In this document: in pieces, positions 61,940 to 64,000 of the stretch | Layout: every line of letters begins with the position of its first letter | How positions within the stretch are numbered: position 1 is the stretch's first letter | Assembly: GCF_006345805.1 (NCBI RefSeq) | Contig: NC_043016.1 | Location: 22,072,001-22,136,000 of the forward strand | DNA from: Octopus sinensis | Taxonomy: Eukaryota | Reading direction: 5' to 3' | DNA: 64,000 bases | Translations under genes and position numbers: made by a program | Notes under the pieces: generated by a model | The model's database searches: none | What the model was told of the DNA's origin: nothing | What the model saw: only the letters and a program-made list of their open reading frames with translations

Positions 61940-62760
61940 AAATTTTTTAATGCTTTGAAGATCTTTGTTTGCAGAAAGAGACTAATTCAGAGCTTCAAAT
62001 CAGAATTTGATTCTTTAAATGTGATAGGATTCTTTAGTACAAAATTGGCAGGGTTTGTTGTTCCCTATGGATCATTGTATGTTTGACAATATTTTCCAAT
62101 TAATACTGAAGCAGAATATTTTTTATTTTAATATCCACATATGTTTGAATAGTGAAGTATCATTTTTTCCTGCTTGAGTTACAAAAACTATGGTTGTGTT
62201 AGTTGTATTATGCCTTGAATTGGTTTGCTATAGACTCTATATATGTGGATATCATAGTTGGTTACAGTTGTGCTATAAACAACATTACTTGTGATGCAGT
62301 TTCCTTTTAGAGGGCAGGATGGAGAGGGTCTGAAGTTGCAATTGTTGCTGTTATGTGCGTGACTTTTTAGGAAGTTTTATATGGTTGCAATTTGCTACAG
62401 TTTTTCTCTAAATTATTATTTATGGAATATATTTTTATGATGCATTTGTTTAATAGTTTATGGTATTTGTGATTGGTGTAGAAGTGTTTTTGGAGTATTC
62501 TGAATAATAATTTGGCTAATGGTTTGGAGATTTGTATTTGAAGGGGAGATTGAACCAGATAATTCTCCTTTTTCTAGTCTTATGTTGTTTTTTTTATTTT
62601 GTATGTAGTGTTGTTTATATATTGTGTTTTTTCTGTGTAACTGTTGTTACTGAGAGCTTTGTTATATGAAGTTGCTATCAATAAAAATCTTTCATCACAA
62701 CTTACTCTACAACATAATTATTCAATGGAGCTCCAGCAATCCCTGAAAATTTTAATTCAA
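61940..62760 (-). mobile_element. Highly decayed Neptune-type Penelope-like element (RT tail plus GIY-YIG)
   Basis: IIWFNLPF...NCNFRPSPSCPLKGK.CITSNVVY...TSLFKHMWILK...NWKIL...PCQFCTKE. Confidence 0.65.
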
Positions 62761-62844
62761 TCCTTCAGCATATTTGGTCAGCTGTAAGAGGACAATTGGA
62801 TGCTGTTTCTTGCAGATTGAGTAACCACATGGTTTATACATGCA

Positions 62845-63075
62845 AGCAGCGAGCTGGCAGAATCGTTAGCACGCCGGGCAAAATGCTTAGCGGGATTTCG
62901 TCTGCCGTTACGTTCTGAGTTCAAATTCCGCCGAGGTCGATTTTGCCTTTCATCCTTTTGGGGTCGATAAATTAAGTACCAGTTACGCGCTGGGGTCGAT
63001 ATAATCGACTTAATCTGTCTGTCTGTCCTTGTTTATCTCTTCTGTGTTTAGCCCCTTGTGGGTAGTAAAGAAATA
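62845..63075 (+). mobile_element. Young tRNA-derived SINE (family D) with 14-bp TSD
   Basis: TSD ggtttatacatgca at 62831-62844 and 63076-63089; CpGs retained; core gcctttcatcc...ggggtcgataaattaagtaccag. Degenerate relatives near 31160, 44760, 46280 and 63770. Confidence 0.9.
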
Positions 63076-63195
63076 GGTTTATACATGCAGAACATTATCT
63101 GTTATGCCCTTCCTTACAGGGAATTTACTGCTATTTCTAGCTTGTGGAGGCTTCCTTACTGATTCTTTCTAGGTTATATATTTTATGTTCCACAG

Positions 63196-63423
63196 GTGCT
63201 GTCATCAGTTCGTCACAAAGTCGACAACTATTCACATGCCATCCCTGATTTCTCACAGTTAGTCGTGAAGGCACGGCAAACATTGAACTTGAGAATTTGT
63301 ACGTATCAAAACGAGCTTGAAAGGAAGTCTTTGGTGAACAGGAAATCTCCATCCCCAGGTCTACAGCTAAAAAGCAAATCTGTTGAGTATGCTTCAAACT
63401 CACACAAAAGTATGACATATTAA
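63196..63423 (+). CDS. FHIP1B: FHIP1 coding exon 9 (5' boundary firm, 3' boundary uncertain)
   Basis: tgttccacAG|gtgctg; VLSSVRHKVDNY...FSQLVVKARQTL resembles vertebrate VLGSVKNKIE...LLSKAKKYL. Candidate donors at 63387 (GTATGC) or 63410 (GTATGA); otherwise stop at 63421-63423. Confidence 0.8.
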   Translation: MLSSVRHKVDNYSHAIPDFSQLVVKARQTLNLRICTYQNELERKSLVNRKSPSPGLQLKSKSVEYASNSHKSMTY

Positions 63424-64000
63424 TTTTATTTGCTTTCCTAATTGTCGTTTTTAAAAATTAATAACCATTAAAACATGCATGTTTTTTGCTTTTGTATCTT
63501 TTTGCTTTTGTATCTTTTTGCTTTTGTTTTTGGTATTAATTTTATATATTGTTAGCTATCAAAATTTCTCATCATACATCAATAATACCATGATGTATAC
63601 ACCGTTGACTTTAGTGTGTGTGTGTGTGGTAAGAAGTTTGCTTCCCAACTGCATGGTTCTGGATTCAGCCCCACTGCATGGCACCTTGGGCAAGTGTCTT
63701 CTATTGTAGCCCCATAACCTTGTTATAACTCAGTTATTAATGTAAAAGATCCATGGGTGGGCAGAATCAGAAGAGCATCAGACAAAACTTTGAATTCAAA
63801 TACTGCCAAAATCAAACTTATCTTTCATCATTGCCAAGTCAATAAAAGGAAATACCAATCAAATACTGGGGTTAATTGATCAACTATCCCCTCACCTCAC
63901 TAAATTTTTGGCTTTGTCTCTATGTTAAAAATTCTTGCTATCATTGTCACTGAAAGAACCATGGACCAACAGAATTATTAATCATCAGATAAAAAATACT

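Larger units (their letters stand above)
35420..63423 (+). other. FHIP1B: FHIP1/FAM160A-family gene span (FTS and Hook-interacting protein; FHF complex). Nine coding exons in window; 3' end uncertain
   Basis: Spliced translation: MNWFKRT...DPATCLEVFQNHWKQA...YCP|VLATGLSGLFSSLPRKI...LEFCNAVLQ|IAHPLVRDQLVKYIYNGFLVPVLGAALHQ|NSREEVITATAYLDLF...|LSLVSLSLFKTLVDLNCEDVMFQLVF K|YLIPCTHVMVSQKRAVKDID...|...WSVPYDGDRP...|GPFLSALLSKLESMVQNSLHVNFLLTGL...|VLSSVRHKV. This matches recalled vertebrate FAM160A2/FHIP1B motifs (MNWLSRL, DPETCLMVFKNHW, CPVLATGLSALYSSLP, GPF..LENMLQNS). It is probably co-orthologous to FHIP1A/1B. Confidence 0.95.

Overview
AT-rich, microsatellite- and transposon-dense eukaryotic DNA. 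The SINE/RTE repeat families look like octopus (coleoid cephalopod), which is recalled from family resemblance rather than a database hit. One host gene is clearly supported: a + strand FHIP1/FAM160A homolog (FTS- and Hook-interacting protein, FHF dynein-adaptor complex). Nine coding exons with GT-AG boundaries and consistent phases run from ATG 35481 to at least 63196. Any 5' UTR exon and further 3' exons could not be placed. The rest is a layered fossil record of mobile DNA: DD37D (maT), DD34E (Tc1), classical mariner and pogo-like elements, Chapaev3-like and Helitron-like DNA elements, RTE, R4/Dong-like and Tx1-like LINEs, Penelope-like elements with decayed hammerhead-ribozyme cores, and several tRNA-derived SINE families. 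No CRISPR, rRNA or convincing tRNA gene was seen. Best leads: (1) a 306-nt internal duplication in FHIP1 exon 7 that doubled a near-consensus splice donor, giving in-frame alternative donors and a candidate exitron; (2) a palindromic tRNA-derived retroposon with tails at both ends and a 12-bp TSD; (3) a decayed duplicate of exon 5; (4) a templated chimera in intron 7 containing 36 nt of exon 7; (5) a ~106-bp-arm intronic hairpin; (6) a 600-bp partial-tandem element; (7) hammerhead remnants. No new multi-gene system is demonstrable from this window alone.
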